Virus record (IMG/VR): IMGVR_UViG_3300028920_000048
Length of the DNA: 64,000 nucleotides
Direction: 5' to 3' (one strand)
Source: a virus
Shown: in pieces, positions 17,627-27,912 of the stretch
How the letters are laid out: every line of letters begins with the position of its first letter
Position numbering within the stretch: the stretch's first letter is position 1
Program-made: the position numbers and the translations under genes
The notes under the pieces: generated by a model
Seen by the model: the letters and a program-made list of their open reading frames with translations, nothing else
Databases searched by the model: none
Told to the model about the DNA's origin: nothing

Positions 17627-19837
17627 TCAAGTCGAAGCACCAAACACATTACTCGTCACGCCGGGACTCTGAACGTACCGACGATCAAGCCTTGCAGCTA
17701 CTTCACTTATGAACCAGTTACCATTGAGCAAAACATCAGAAACCTTTGACCTGAACATTTCATTGTCAAATTCAACCAAAATGGTCGCTTGTCCGCTCAC
17801 TTCGCCACGCCCACTGACAGTAATCTGCTGTTCTCCTCCTCCACCGATACCAGCCGTGCCCTGTGCGCCCGGAGCAGTCATCGGCATAACAGGAGCCTCG
17901 GCACGACCGATCCCGCCTGCAACCGCACCGGCTGCCATGCCTCCGGTTACATCGGCAACATTCGCTCCCGGACCTCTATCGGCACGCTTCTCAGCTTTCG
18001 GCGGCATCGGGGCAGCAGCAACAGCCGCACCACCGCCGGGCTCTCCGCCAACAATAGCCGCCCCGCCAACTATGCCTTCATCCTTCCTAGCGGGACGAAC
18101 GCCTCCACGGACAACCCGGCGTGCAAAAGGACGACCAACTTCTTTACGCATTTCAGCTTCACGATCCGCCCTGTCCTTCATGGCGATCTTCTTCTGCTCC
18201 TCGGTCGTATTGGCAGTCTTGTCCAGCGCCTTGGCAGCACCTGCAACCGGAGCAGCCTTCGCAGGACCACCAATACCAGCCCCAGCCATGCGCTTGCGGG
18301 CAGCAGCCTTCGCCTGAGCCTGTTTGCGCCGAATGTCGTCAAGCGTCACCGTACGAACGTTGCCTTCTTCGTCCGTGACCGTCACAGAAGCCTTCGGACG
18401 ACCGGCTCCCTTCTTCAACACAGCCGCAACCCGTGCCTTCGATGCAGCTCTGGCTTCCGCACGCTTGCGCCGAAGGTCATCAAGCGTCAACTTGCGGACA
18501 TTCCCTTCCTCGTCCGCCGCAACGACAAAACCCTTCCCTGTCTTCCTCACCGGAGCCCTGAGAGTGGCAGCCGCCTTCGCTGCACCGGAAGCAGCACGAT
18601 CAACCTTCTTGACCTCAGCCTTCTCGGCTTGCCTCTCGGCACTCCTCTCCGCAACCGCCGCAGCTTTGGCTTTTCCTCTCGCCTCAGCCTTGACAGTTCT
18701 TTCAGCAGTTGCCTCCGCCGCCTTTTCGGCTGTCTTGGCAGCAGGAGCCGCCTTTGCGCCTGTAGCTTCCGCAGCACGACCAATCTCGCCACGAAGGACT
18801 TCAATACGCTTCTTGACCGACTCGTTGACAGCATCAACGGCAGCCTTCTCACCATTCAAAACGGTCACACGCTCGTCAATCGCAGCCTTCGCTTTTCCAG
18901 CGCCCGCTGCTTCACCTTGCCTTGCACCTTCAAGCTGCCGACCAGCTATGGCAGCCTGTTGTCCAGCCTTGTTCAATGCCTTAAGTCTGTCACTCAGCCC
19001 TTCAATTGCATCACCGGACTTGAGAGCTTCCAGCCTCGTACGTCTTTGCCCAAGACCTCCGCCAGGCATAAGAGCAGTTTGTCCTACGCCATAGCTTATG
19101 CCCTTTTGAGAAGCCTTTACATCCAGTTTCTTAGATTGACCCTGAGTACGCGGAATCGGACGACCGCTCTTATCATACACGACATTGACACCAAGGAACC
19201 GAGACGCCTGGGTTCTACCACCTCTCACACCAACAGACTCACGAATCTGACCAAACGCCATACCGGCCAATTGCTCAAATGCGCTCCTCTGGACACCAAG
19301 GAACCGCTTCTGAACCTTAAACTCCTGCTTGACAATCTCAAGCCGTTGTAATTCCATCTTCTCGGCAAACGCAGCACGATCAGCCGGGTCAGTCTTCTCA
19401 AAGGCAGCTTCCATAGCCTCGAGACCGACCTTCAAAGCACGAAGTCTCTCAATCTCCTTCCCGGCACTATCAGCCTGCAACTGAAGAATACGCTCATAGT
19501 TGCCGCCAATCTCTGTCAAGAAGTCAACTTGCTCATCAATCGTCGCCTGTTCAGCATCAATCAAAGTCATTCTGCGTTGAACTTCCGAATCGGCGAGTTG
19601 GACAACCTTCTCCTTTCTCTCCTTCTCAATCTCGGCCAGCTTGGCAATCTTCTTAGCATCAGCAGCGGCTTTCGCATCTTCTCGAAGACGCTTGGCTTCT
19701 AACGGCGAAATTCTGCGAGCCCCTTCAAGCATACTAATCTGCTTCTCAATCTCATCAGGAACCTTACCAAGCGATTCTTCAAGTTTCGACCTCAGTGTAT
19801 CGTATGCCCGAGACGTATTTCTGATAGCCTTAATCGT
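17627..19837 (-). CDS. Tape measure protein, C-terminal part (in frame after the TAG at 19838-19840)
   Basis: The track ORF 17627-19732 extends 35 open in-frame codons up to the TAG; Ala/Lys/Glu helical composition. Confidence 0.7.
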   Translation of the reverse strand, partial: TIKAIRNTSRAYDTLRSKLEESLGKVPDEIEKQISMLEGARRISPLEAKRLREDAKAAADAKKIAKLAEIEKERKEKVVQLADSEVQRRMTLIDAEQATIDEQVDFLTEIGGNYERILQLQADSAGKEIERLRALKVGLEAMEAAFEKTDPADRAAFAEKMELQRLEIVKQEFKVQKRFLGVQRSAFEQLAGMAFGQIRESVGVRGGRTQASRFLGVNVVYDKSGRPIPRTQGQSKKLDVKASQKGISYGVGQTALMPGGGLGQRRTRLEALKSGDAIEGLSDRLKALNKAGQQAAIAGRQLEGARQGEAAGAGKAKAAIDERVTVLNGEKAAVDAVNESVKKRIEVLRGEIGRAAEATGAKAAPAAKTAEKAAEATAERTVKAEARGKAKAAAVAERSAERQAEKAEVKKVDRAASGAAKAAATLRAPVRKTGKGFVVAADEEGNVRKLTLDDLRRKRAEARAASKARVAAVLKKGAGRPKASVTVTDEEGNVRTVTLDDIRRKQAQAKAAARKRMAGAGIGGPAKAAPVAGAAKALDKTANTTEEQKKIAMKDRADREAEMRKEVGRPFARRVVRGGVRPARKDEGIVGGAAIVGGEPGGGAAVAAAPMPPKAEKRADRGPGANVADVTGGMAAGAVAGGIGRAEAPVMPMTAPGAQGTAGIGGGGEQQITVSGRGEVSGQATILVEFDNEMFRSKVSDVLLNGNWFISEVAARLDRRYVQSPGVTSNVFGAST

Positions 19838-22800
19838 CTACACCCCAGACTCGTTAAAGTCAAGAGCACTACCAGCAAGCTCAGCAAGCAACGTTGAAGT
19901 GTCAGCAATCGCAGTCGGAGCTGCAACATCAAGACCCTTCCGGAGCACATCAGCTTGCTTGTCAATGTTCTCAAACGTATCAACAATTGCACGTGAAACC
20001 TCGCCCTCGGCCTTCGTAACAACATCAATCGCCTTCTCAACTTCACCACGAGCAGTTTCAATCTTACCAGCAATATCACCAATCTTGCCAAGAGGTGCAA
20101 GTGACTTCTCCAATCTTTTACGAATGTCATCATCAGCAATCTTACTAACTGTATCAGCTATGCCCTTGCGAGCTTTCTCCATCTCACCCGGAAGGTCTTG
20201 GAACTTACCAACATCCTCCCCTTCGAGCTTCTCGCCTGCGATATTCTTAGCTGAAAGCTTGGCAAACTCGACACTCTTCTTCTGAAGCTCTATAAACGCA
20301 TTACCCAACGCATCGGCAGCCTCTTTACCAATTTTTTTAATAAGACCTTCCTTGTTGATGTTAATAACTTTACCAAGTTCATCAATTGATGCTCTTGTGC
20401 CTTTAGCAACAGCAGCCGTAGCTTCCTTGGTGTTAGCAAGCTTCTCCTGCCACTTCTTCAGAAGCACTTCCCCCCTGACAATTTCATCCAAACCAGCTTC
20501 CAACCGTGCCGAACTGTTCTTCAACTCGGCATTGATCTGTTCTTCACCACGGCCAATAAAAGCATACGCATCAGCCCTAGCCGTAAGGATATCAGCCTGC
20601 CTCTGAGCCGCCTGAGCAGCCTTCGACTTGCCAATAGAATCAGCCACGGCTGCAATCTTACCAGTGAAGTCTTTCATGCCCTTAGCAAGCGACTCCGTGA
20701 TGTTGGCAGCCATCTTGGCTTCAAGAACAGCAACCTCTTGCAATCGGTTCATAGATGCTAAAATAGCTTCCCGCCTGGCAAGAGCAGCAAACTCTTTTTC
20801 CTTCTCAGTATAAAGTTTCTCCTCAGAAACAACAGTTGTCCTAGCAAGTTTCAACGCATCAACAAAGATTTTCTTGTTTCGCACAACGCTAATCTTGCCA
20901 ACACCACCAACTGCCTCAATCCTATTCTTCAGATCATTCACACTACGCTTAAAAGCATCAGTCCCTGTTTGTGCTGCTTTATCAAGATCAGCCAAAACAG
21001 ATTTCAACTCTAAACCAGCTCTAGTCTCACTAGAAGCCAAGTCCTTTGTAATCTTTTCTCTCTTGACATTCAGATCAACAAGCTTCGCCCTAATGCCATT
21101 TAGTCTAGCATTAGCAGATAATGCCTTTTGATTAAGCTTGTCATATTTTTTGAGCATCGACAAACGAGTGCCAAGTAAGTCTACACCTTCACCTGTCTGC
21201 TGATTAACCAAGGTATAAGTATCAAGAATCCTATCAGCAAAAGCCCTATACTTTTTCTTTGAAAAGTCAATCTTGTCGACATCTCCGCCCAAGGTTATAA
21301 ATGTCGTCCTGATTCCGTTAATTTCTCTATTCAGTTTTCCAGTGAACTGTTTCCCGAACTCTTTCTGAGACTCAAGTATGGCTTCCAAAACACTACCAGT
21401 TACCTCATCCAGTGTTTTATCAGCTTCTCGTTTTGTGTAAGAAGCCTCTCTCGCGGCTGCCTTCATTTGTTTAGCAAAACTGTTCCATTCTTTTTCAACC
21501 AAAGCAGCCTGCGTTTTCTGTTCTTGCACAGCATCAAGATATTTAGAAAGTTCATTCGTGATACTAAGCTTAGACCCAAGCTCATCAAGCTCAGCCTTGA
21601 CATTTTTAATCTGCTCACTTGTGTCCGTGCGAAGTTTTTCCAAACCATCCCAATCTATATGAACGACCTGCCCCTCAATCTTAACAAGAGCATCAAACTC
21701 CTTTTTGAAGTCCTTGGCCCGTTGCCCGCCCTCAACCGTCCACCGATCTACAGATTTAGCCACAGACTTTGCCGTAGCAACATTGGTTTTACCAACGGTT
21801 GACAGATTCTTCTGAATACGAGCATAGTCCATCGCAGCCGCACTTGTCGTATCCACAAAAGCCCCAAATGCAGACTCCAATTGTTGATCAAGATTCTTAA
21901 AAATCTGTTCGGCTGATACTGCACCAGCATCAACAGCAAGTTCAAGATCGGTCTGTCTCACCTTATTCTGAAGTTCAGCAAGCACAACACTTGGAATCTT
22001 ATCAAACTGGCCCACAAGCTCTGCCATTGCTTTACCAAACTCATTAGCCGCCTTCAACTCTGCCTTATGCAGTAACTCAAGACCAGTAAGCCTCATCGCC
22101 GGAGTAAGTGTGACATCTGTCATAAGCTCCTTACGCCACGTTTCAAGTCCTTTGGTCAAAATCATAAACTTGTCCGCTACGCCCACACTCGCCCTATCAA
22201 GTGCAAGCTGAAAACCTTTTGTAGTTCCCCCAAGTTGCGAAAGATTCTCTAAACTCAAACCAGCAACTTCTGCCTGCAAATCAGCAAACTGAACCTTAAT
22301 CGTTTTTGATGCGTTCTCAATCCCGCTCACAAGTCTACGAAGAGCCAAAGCACTTTGTTGCACAAGGCGTTGCCTTCTTTTTTCAGCTATTCCAAGTTTC
22401 ATTGTTATATTCTGAAGTTCGATCTGAGACTGTGTAAGTTGAATGTTCTGGAGTATTTCCTGCTTCCTGTTTTTGAAGTAATTACCACTCAAGACAATAT
22501 TCTGAATCAGCGACTCACCCCATGAAACAACCCAACCAGTGGCCCATGCTACTTGTTTGCCAGCCTCACGAAAAACATCAGCAACTTTACGAGCGCCATC
22601 TGCAACCCCAGTAATCTCTTTTCCAATCTCACGCCAGGCACTACTGTACATCGGAACATCCTTGCCGAAAACCTTAGTAGTCTGGTTCAAACCACGAGCT
22701 AGACTCATAGCTCCTTTTTCTATACCACGAAACGACCCAATACTTGCCGCCACTGCCCCACCAAGAACAGTCCCAATGAGTGTCCCAATGCCGGGCAAAA

Positions 22801-24448
22801 TCATAGTACCAACCGCAGCACCACTCGTGAGAGCAGCAGTAAACTCTGCAAGTGCGCCAGAAGCCTGTAAAAAACCACCAGATACTTCCTTTCCGGACTT
22901 AACAAGTTTTTCCCCGATTGACTCACTAATTGCACCAAGCAAACCAACACCGGCTGTTGCAATTGCCGGACCTGCGAAAAAGGCAACCTTCGTTCCAATT
23001 GTCGTTGCCATCTTGGGACCGCTTCTGGTGAAAGCAGACTTCAAAGCTGGAACAAAGCTCTTAACAAGACCCCCAGCAGTAGCTTTCGCTGGCAATGCGC
23101 CAGCCACCATACTGCCAGCCTTACCGGCTGGCAACGCAAGCGCACCAGGCAAGCCTCTAGCAGCAGCCACCCCAGATTGAGCAACACGACCCCCAATGGC
23201 AACAACTCTCGCTGTAGTTGGTATTACATTAGCACCAACTCTACCAGCACCACCAATCGCCGCACGCATACCAGTCGCAACGCCTCTGGCCTGGAGAGCA
23301 GTTACAACGCCTCTGACCACCGCACCAGTCGTAACTGCTCTGGCCACTTCACCACCAGCTCTACCGGCACCACCAACCGCCGTACGCATATAAGCCAAAC
23401 GCTTATTTGTGTCCGTAAGACGATCAACAGAATGACGAACACGATCAACAGCAGTTTCAACCCTTTTATTACTTCGACGAAAGGTCCGACCAAGTAAAAG
23501 ACCAGTTCCACTAACAACACCAAGTAAGGCACCAGCCATACCTGCTAGCTTACCAACACCACTTGCGATTCCGGCAACATGAGGAGACCAAGATGGCAAT
23601 GTATTTAGAATTACATCCTCAATTCGTTCCTGGGTGGCTTCCGCCGCCTGCATAGAATTAAGAATCTCTACATCACGCTCCATCCCAGGAACACCAACGC
23701 CAACACCGCCAAACAACCCAGCTTGTTGAAGCTCAATTACTGTTTGAATTTTGCCTTCTTTAGCCAAAGCAAAGAAGGCCGCTGCCTGATCATCAACACT
23801 CGCATTCAAGGTTAAATCGGTACTCAAGGTCGGTATCTTTTCGAGCAACCCGACATACTCTTTCAAGTTCTCAGTTTGGTCACCACCAAAAGTCGCCCGA
23901 AGTTTCTTAGCCACGAACACAAGCTCATTAACATTGGCAACACCTTTATCTGTCCCTTCAATCAAAACTTTTGAAAAATCTCGGAACTCCTTACGAGTCA
24001 TCCGAAGCTCACGACGGAATTGAGCAAGCTGTGCTGGACCTCCTGGCGCAATAAGCGTCGTTTTGGAAGCCTTAGCCATTTCAACCCTGTAAGTCTTCAA
24101 ATCCTTCAAACTAGACTTAACACCATCAAAAAACTTCTCAAATTTACTCAACACAAACGCAGCAGCGATACCTGCGGCAGTAAGTCCGGTAGCCGTCTTT
24201 CCGAGACCACCCGCAAAGTCGTCTGCGGCAGCAGCACCTTCGTGCATACGCTGACCAGCCAGTTTCAGAACACCAGTTTGGTGTTCGACCATGTCTGTAA
24301 ACCTCTTGCCGGTCTTTTCGGCATTTTCCGAGGCATCTGACACAGCCAAAACAGCCGCAGCATACTCGTTCACCGTCTCGGGGTCCGCTTCTGGAAACAT
24401 CTTTTCCAGTTCTTTACGGATGGCATCTGGATCGAACTCGCCTGCCAT
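19838..24448 (-). CDS. Tape measure protein, N-terminal part
   Basis: 1536 aa, helical, with Gly/Ala-rich hydrophobic segments; follows the chaperone genes. Confidence 0.85.
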   Translation of the reverse strand: MAGEFDPDAIRKELEKMFPEADPETVNEYAAAVLAVSDASENAEKTGKRFTDMVEHQTGVLKLAGQRMHEGAAAADDFAGGLGKTATGLTAAGIAAAFVLSKFEKFFDGVKSSLKDLKTYRVEMAKASKTTLIAPGGPAQLAQFRRELRMTRKEFRDFSKVLIEGTDKGVANVNELVFVAKKLRATFGGDQTENLKEYVGLLEKIPTLSTDLTLNASVDDQAAAFFALAKEGKIQTVIELQQAGLFGGVGVGVPGMERDVEILNSMQAAEATQERIEDVILNTLPSWSPHVAGIASGVGKLAGMAGALLGVVSGTGLLLGRTFRRSNKRVETAVDRVRHSVDRLTDTNKRLAYMRTAVGGAGRAGGEVARAVTTGAVVRGVVTALQARGVATGMRAAIGGAGRVGANVIPTTARVVAIGGRVAQSGVAAARGLPGALALPAGKAGSMVAGALPAKATAGGLVKSFVPALKSAFTRSGPKMATTIGTKVAFFAGPAIATAGVGLLGAISESIGEKLVKSGKEVSGGFLQASGALAEFTAALTSGAAVGTMILPGIGTLIGTVLGGAVAASIGSFRGIEKGAMSLARGLNQTTKVFGKDVPMYSSAWREIGKEITGVADGARKVADVFREAGKQVAWATGWVVSWGESLIQNIVLSGNYFKNRKQEILQNIQLTQSQIELQNITMKLGIAEKRRQRLVQQSALALRRLVSGIENASKTIKVQFADLQAEVAGLSLENLSQLGGTTKGFQLALDRASVGVADKFMILTKGLETWRKELMTDVTLTPAMRLTGLELLHKAELKAANEFGKAMAELVGQFDKIPSVVLAELQNKVRQTDLELAVDAGAVSAEQIFKNLDQQLESAFGAFVDTTSAAAMDYARIQKNLSTVGKTNVATAKSVAKSVDRWTVEGGQRAKDFKKEFDALVKIEGQVVHIDWDGLEKLRTDTSEQIKNVKAELDELGSKLSITNELSKYLDAVQEQKTQAALVEKEWNSFAKQMKAAAREASYTKREADKTLDEVTGSVLEAILESQKEFGKQFTGKLNREINGIRTTFITLGGDVDKIDFSKKKYRAFADRILDTYTLVNQQTGEGVDLLGTRLSMLKKYDKLNQKALSANARLNGIRAKLVDLNVKREKITKDLASSETRAGLELKSVLADLDKAAQTGTDAFKRSVNDLKNRIEAVGGVGKISVVRNKKIFVDALKLARTTVVSEEKLYTEKEKEFAALARREAILASMNRLQEVAVLEAKMAANITESLAKGMKDFTGKIAAVADSIGKSKAAQAAQRQADILTARADAYAFIGRGEEQINAELKNSSARLEAGLDEIVRGEVLLKKWQEKLANTKEATAAVAKGTRASIDELGKVININKEGLIKKIGKEAADALGNAFIELQKKSVEFAKLSAKNIAGEKLEGEDVGKFQDLPGEMEKARKGIADTVSKIADDDIRKRLEKSLAPLGKIGDIAGKIETARGEVEKAIDVVTKAEGEVSRAIVDTFENIDKQADVLRKGLDVAAPTAIADTSTLLAELAGSALDFNESGV

Positions 24449-24456
24449 GATTCACC

Positions 24457-25287
24457 TCACTGACTCGTCAACAGTATTTCCGACTCGAAGATCGTCAGTA
24501 CAACGTCGAGTATTGAACTGTTCAGAGCGTAAACCAGCTTGATACTAGCCTCGTCCAGCATTCCATTATCCTCACGATGTTTCAACGGGACTAACTCGCC
24601 TTTGTTGTCTCGCATGTCCCAAAACTTCAAGTGCCAAAAAATGAAGAAATCTCGCAAGCGCCACTTATCGACCACCATCTTGTCGACATCGGCTCTATAG
24701 TTTGCCGAACGACGCCGGTACTCAATCAGTTGCTCATACGTCGGCTGAGTAAACCCGAACGTATGCCGACAATGACCAAGCATTTCAAACTGGTTGAAGT
24801 CAACCTCAAGCGCTGCATTACTGACCGTCACAATCTTGCCGCTTGCCGGTGCATAGAGGATGTCAATGGCGATCTTATGCTCTTGCTTTTCCTCGACAAA
24901 GAACTTCGGGAACATTGACTCGACAACCTTTTCCTTGGTCGGAACGTTCGCTGCCGCCAGCCCATCACGGTTGACCGCAGACTCCTTCTCTCCAGCAAGG
25001 TCTTTCTCTTCCTGCTTCTCGTCCCTTGTTTCTGATGATGGAGAAGAACTTATCACCGGAGCATCTCCCTGGCTGGCTAGAGGCTTCTGCTCTGACTCCG
25101 GCTCCTTTGCAGACTCCGGCTCCTTTGCAGACTCCGGCTCCTTTGCAAACTCCGGCTCCTTTGCAGACTCCGGCTCCTTTGCAGACTCCGGCTCCTTTGC
25201 AGACTCCGACTGTTCCATAACTTCCTCCGGCGACGGAATGCTACTATCAACTCCCATCGGACCAAGCTGCATGTTTTTCTCGCTCAT
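24457..25287 (-). CDS. Tail assembly chaperone-like protein (paralogue 3) with AKEPES repeats
   Basis: Directly precedes the tape measure; shares F..PT.....R...W...L...NG.LDE pattern with 26094 and 26833. Confidence 0.55.
   Translation of the reverse strand: MSEKNMQLGPMGVDSSIPSPEEVMEQSESAKEPESAKEPESAKEPEFAKEPESAKEPESAKEPESEQKPLASQGDAPVISSSPSSETRDEKQEEKDLAGEKESAVNRDGLAAANVPTKEKVVESMFPKFFVEEKQEHKIAIDILYAPASGKIVTVSNAALEVDFNQFEMLGHCRHTFGFTQPTYEQLIEYRRRSANYRADVDKMVVDKWRLRDFFIFWHLKFWDMRDNKGELVPLKHREDNGMLDEASIKLVYALNSSILDVVLTIFESEILLTSQ
25094..25201. repeat. 18-bp tandem repeat x6 (GACTCCGGCTCCTTTGCA; one variant)
   Basis: Read directly; encodes (AKEPES)x6. Confidence 0.95.
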
Positions 25288-25305
25288 CTTTCTCTCCTTC
25301 ACGAG

Positions 25306-26097
25306 TCAAATAATAATGACGGCGTTGCTACCGCCACCTGCAAACGTCGCGTTTGCATCAAAAGTGTGTGTGTAAGTGCCCAATTCCGTCTGACCACCGA
25401 AGTTGTAGCCCTTGGCTGTTGTCTCACCGATCAGAATAAACGTACTTGTGAAAATCGAAACCGAACTGTGAGCCTGAAGTTGCTCCAAAGTTGTAACATT
25501 CAATGTGACATCCCATGCCCCGACACGTAAATATCGGGGATTGAGCGTGTCCTGGTTCACATAAACCGGAACTACATTCTGACTAATCGTCAAGTCCCAC
25601 TCACAAACATCTGTATTCCCAGACCACCAATACCCAAGCAACGTTTGATCCCGAATAAAATCATTCGGAACCGTATCCGACACAATAGGTCGATTAGCAG
25701 TCACAGAAATTGAAGCTTGAACAAACCCGCCCGGAGCACCATTCAAGGCAATCGAGTTCGCAAAACAAAAATACGTGCTCCCGTCGTGGCGCAAAACCCA
25801 CTCATCCTCGCCGTCATTGTAGCCAATACCGAAGCCATACCTTCGCTGAAACAGCCTACTCGTGTTGAACAAAGACATACACTCTTGAGTCACGTCAAAC
25901 CCGATTGTGCCCGTAAATGCAGACGTTCCATCCGCCAAAAGCACTCTCGATTCTGACTGCGTCGTTGGCGGCATTTCGACCATGTTACCATAGGGACGAC
26001 TAATCGCCTCGTTCAGACCGGCAGCCGTGACGAGCACCTGAACATCGTCAACCACACCGGAACCACCATAGCCGAGTCTTTTGGCTGTATCAGTCAT
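25306..26097 (-). CDS. Tail tube-like protein (paralogue 3)
   Basis: LGYGG N-terminus, GYWW and EWDLTISQNV...PRYLRVG; aligns by eye with 28551 and 29445. Confidence 0.55.
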   Translation of the reverse strand: MTDTAKRLGYGGSGVVDDVQVLVTAAGLNEAISRPYGNMVEMPPTTQSESRVLLADGTSAFTGTIGFDVTQECMSLFNTSRLFQRRYGFGIGYNDGEDEWVLRHDGSTYFCFANSIALNGAPGGFVQASISVTANRPIVSDTVPNDFIRDQTLLGYWWSGNTDVCEWDLTISQNVVPVYVNQDTLNPRYLRVGAWDVTLNVTTLEQLQAHSSVSIFTSTFILIGETTAKGYNFGGQTELGTYTHTFDANATFAGGGSNAVIII

Positions 26098-26855
26098 GGC
26101 ATTCTCACAACCTTGCCTCTGCTTGGTCTCACTTTGCCGCCAGCACCGGCAATCTTAGCCTTCGGAACCGAGGAATCACTGGCTTTGGACTGTCTTGAAA
26201 TATGAACGCCCTTCTGGTTGAGCATCACTTTCAAACGAATGTAGTCTAAATACGGCAGTTCTTCCAAGTCCTTCCTCGACAGCCCAAACTCGTCCCAAAA
26301 GTTACTCATACTGCAATAGAGCATAACAGCTTCACAAGGATTCTCAACACCACGAGCGTTCTTACCGAAAAGAAGAGCACATTGCCGATCAATCACAGCC
26401 GCTTCCTTCTTGGTCATGTCCAAACTTATCTCATACTTGTGGACCAAACCAGTCACAAGCGGACCCGGAAGCCTGCATACGCAACCGAAAGACTCATCTG
26501 TCAACCATCCAGTTTCCATATCACGATCAAGCGAAATGGGCAAACTCCACTCCAGCAACATTCTCCTCACGATCTGCCGACGCATCTCCTGAAGGTCTCG
26601 TATCAACTCCATCCTGTTCCGAACACTCACATAAGCCGTCGTACAGTCGGCGTCTATTCGACTATACTCACCGTATGTCATACCCTTAAAAACAGCCCAC
26701 ACAACCTCATCGCCGCCAGCCACCGGAACAAAACAATCACCAACTCGACCAACCTCAATCTCGACTCTCACCTTGCCAGTAGAGAATGGTTGCTCCCAAG
26801 GCTCGTACGGTCGCCCTGAAGGGTCTCTAATCTCAGCCATTAAATTCGAGGACAT
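26094..26855 (-). CDS. Tail assembly chaperone-like protein (paralogue 2)
   Basis: FKGMTYGE...RRMLLEWSL...GWLTDES; C-terminal FGLSRKDLEELPYLDY resembles frameshift-product chaperone domains. Alternative start at 26840. Confidence 0.55.
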   Translation of the reverse strand: MSSNLMAEIRDPSGRPYEPWEQPFSTGKVRVEIEVGRVGDCFVPVAGGDEVVWAVFKGMTYGEYSRIDADCTTAYVSVRNRMELIRDLQEMRRQIVRRMLLEWSLPISLDRDMETGWLTDESFGCVCRLPGPLVTGLVHKYEISLDMTKKEAAVIDRQCALLFGKNARGVENPCEAVMLYCSMSNFWDEFGLSRKDLEELPYLDYIRLKVMLNQKGVHISRQSKASDSSVPKAKIAGAGGKVRPSRGKVVRMP

Positions 26856-27357
26856 TGTTCATCCCCACAATGATCGCAGTCGTAATACTTGGAAACAGCT
26901 TCCGAACGATATTCCAGCTCTCATCGGCAAGCACACCGTTGACATGCAGCAACTTGTAGCGCGGACCAACATTCTCAAACGACCATGCCTTGATCAGCCT
27001 GCGAAGTTTGATCATGTTTAACCTGTCATTGTCCATGAAGTGCATTCGCCTATTCTCGTCAAACTGCATCGCCATCTTCCGAAGCTCGACCTCTTCATCG
27101 AAAGTCCACATCCTGAACTCGACCCAATGCTTTTCAACACCTTCTTGCTCCGAATCGGAGACGATCACATACCGACCGTCCTTGTTCACAAGCAAAAGCT
27201 CAACCTTGAATGTCGTCTCGGGCGTCACCTCATACTTGCCCGGTGTCGTCAGCGCCGTATCATCCAGCGAACCTTTTGTCTTGGCATGATGCTCGGCAAG
27301 CTGACCAGTCATTCCAACAGACTGTTCGTTCTTTTCATCTCTCGGTTCAACCTTCAC
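26833..27357 (-). CDS. Tail assembly chaperone-like protein (paralogue 1)
   Basis: EFRMWTFDEE...RRLIKAWSF...NGVLADES; GTG start with GGGAGG RBS. Confidence 0.55.
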   Translation of the reverse strand: MKVEPRDEKNEQSVGMTGQLAEHHAKTKGSLDDTALTTPGKYEVTPETTFKVELLLVNKDGRYVIVSDSEQEGVEKHWVEFRMWTFDEEVELRKMAMQFDENRRMHFMDNDRLNMIKLRRLIKAWSFENVGPRYKLLHVNGVLADESWNIVRKLFPSITTAIIVGMNNVLEFNG

Positions 27358-27380
27358 GCGCCAAACACCTCCCATGCAAG

Positions 27381-27442
27381 AAAAAAGGCACACAAGGATC
27401 GCCACGCAGCTATGTGCGCAGAGTCTCCGATCCTTGTGTGCC
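27381..27442 (-). terminator. Rho-independent terminator-like hairpin (15-bp stem)
   Basis: GGCACACAAGGATCG / CGATCCTTGTGTGCC followed by TTTTTT. Confidence 0.75.
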
Positions 27443-27519
27443 TTAGTCGCATATCATATTTCCCGCATGTCTACGCAGGACTCTATCATCTTATCAGCCC
27501 GACAAAGGCTGGGAAGTTA

Positions 27520-27879
27520 CTACTCGTCTTCGGCTGTCACTCTGTTCTTGATATACCAATCCAACTGCTTGCTCAGTGAAAGGTCTTTCTGTCCGTGGTC
27601 ATAGCGGAAGCTCTTGAGCTGGGAACCATCCCTGAACGTCACAAGTATATCACACTTGTCATAGCCCAAGTCTGGCTTGGGATACTTGTTGACCGCCTTC
27701 TCAAGTGCGGCGACAGTGGTGAACTTCTTACCAGCGAGGTCTGGCAAACCGCCTCTAATCGGTCCCTCTGCGAAGGTTATCTCAATCGACTTCAAATCCT
27801 TCAGCAGCTTCTTCGGGTCAGCCGCAAGCACTGCCCTTGCCATCGTCAGCAACCTTCTTGCAACTCTCAATCTGTCCAC
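27520..27879 (-). CDS. Leader-tagged small protein (putative head cargo)
   Basis: GTG start after AGGAG gives MDRLRVARRLLTMARAVLAA. Confidence 0.75.
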   Translation of the reverse strand: MDRLRVARRLLTMARAVLAADPKKLLKDLKSIEITFAEGPIRGGLPDLAGKKFTTVAALEKAVNKYPKPDLGYDKCDILVTFRDGSQLKSFRYDHGQKDLSLSKQLDWYIKNRVTAEDE

Positions 27880-27912
27880 CGGTAATCTCCTCACGTGTAT
27901 TCATACGCCTTC

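Noticed and set aside
25094-25201. CRISPR array (also considered for 11462-11521 and 57415-57760)
   Set aside because: The units are contiguous without unique spacers, lie inside ORFs in frame, and no cas genes are present.
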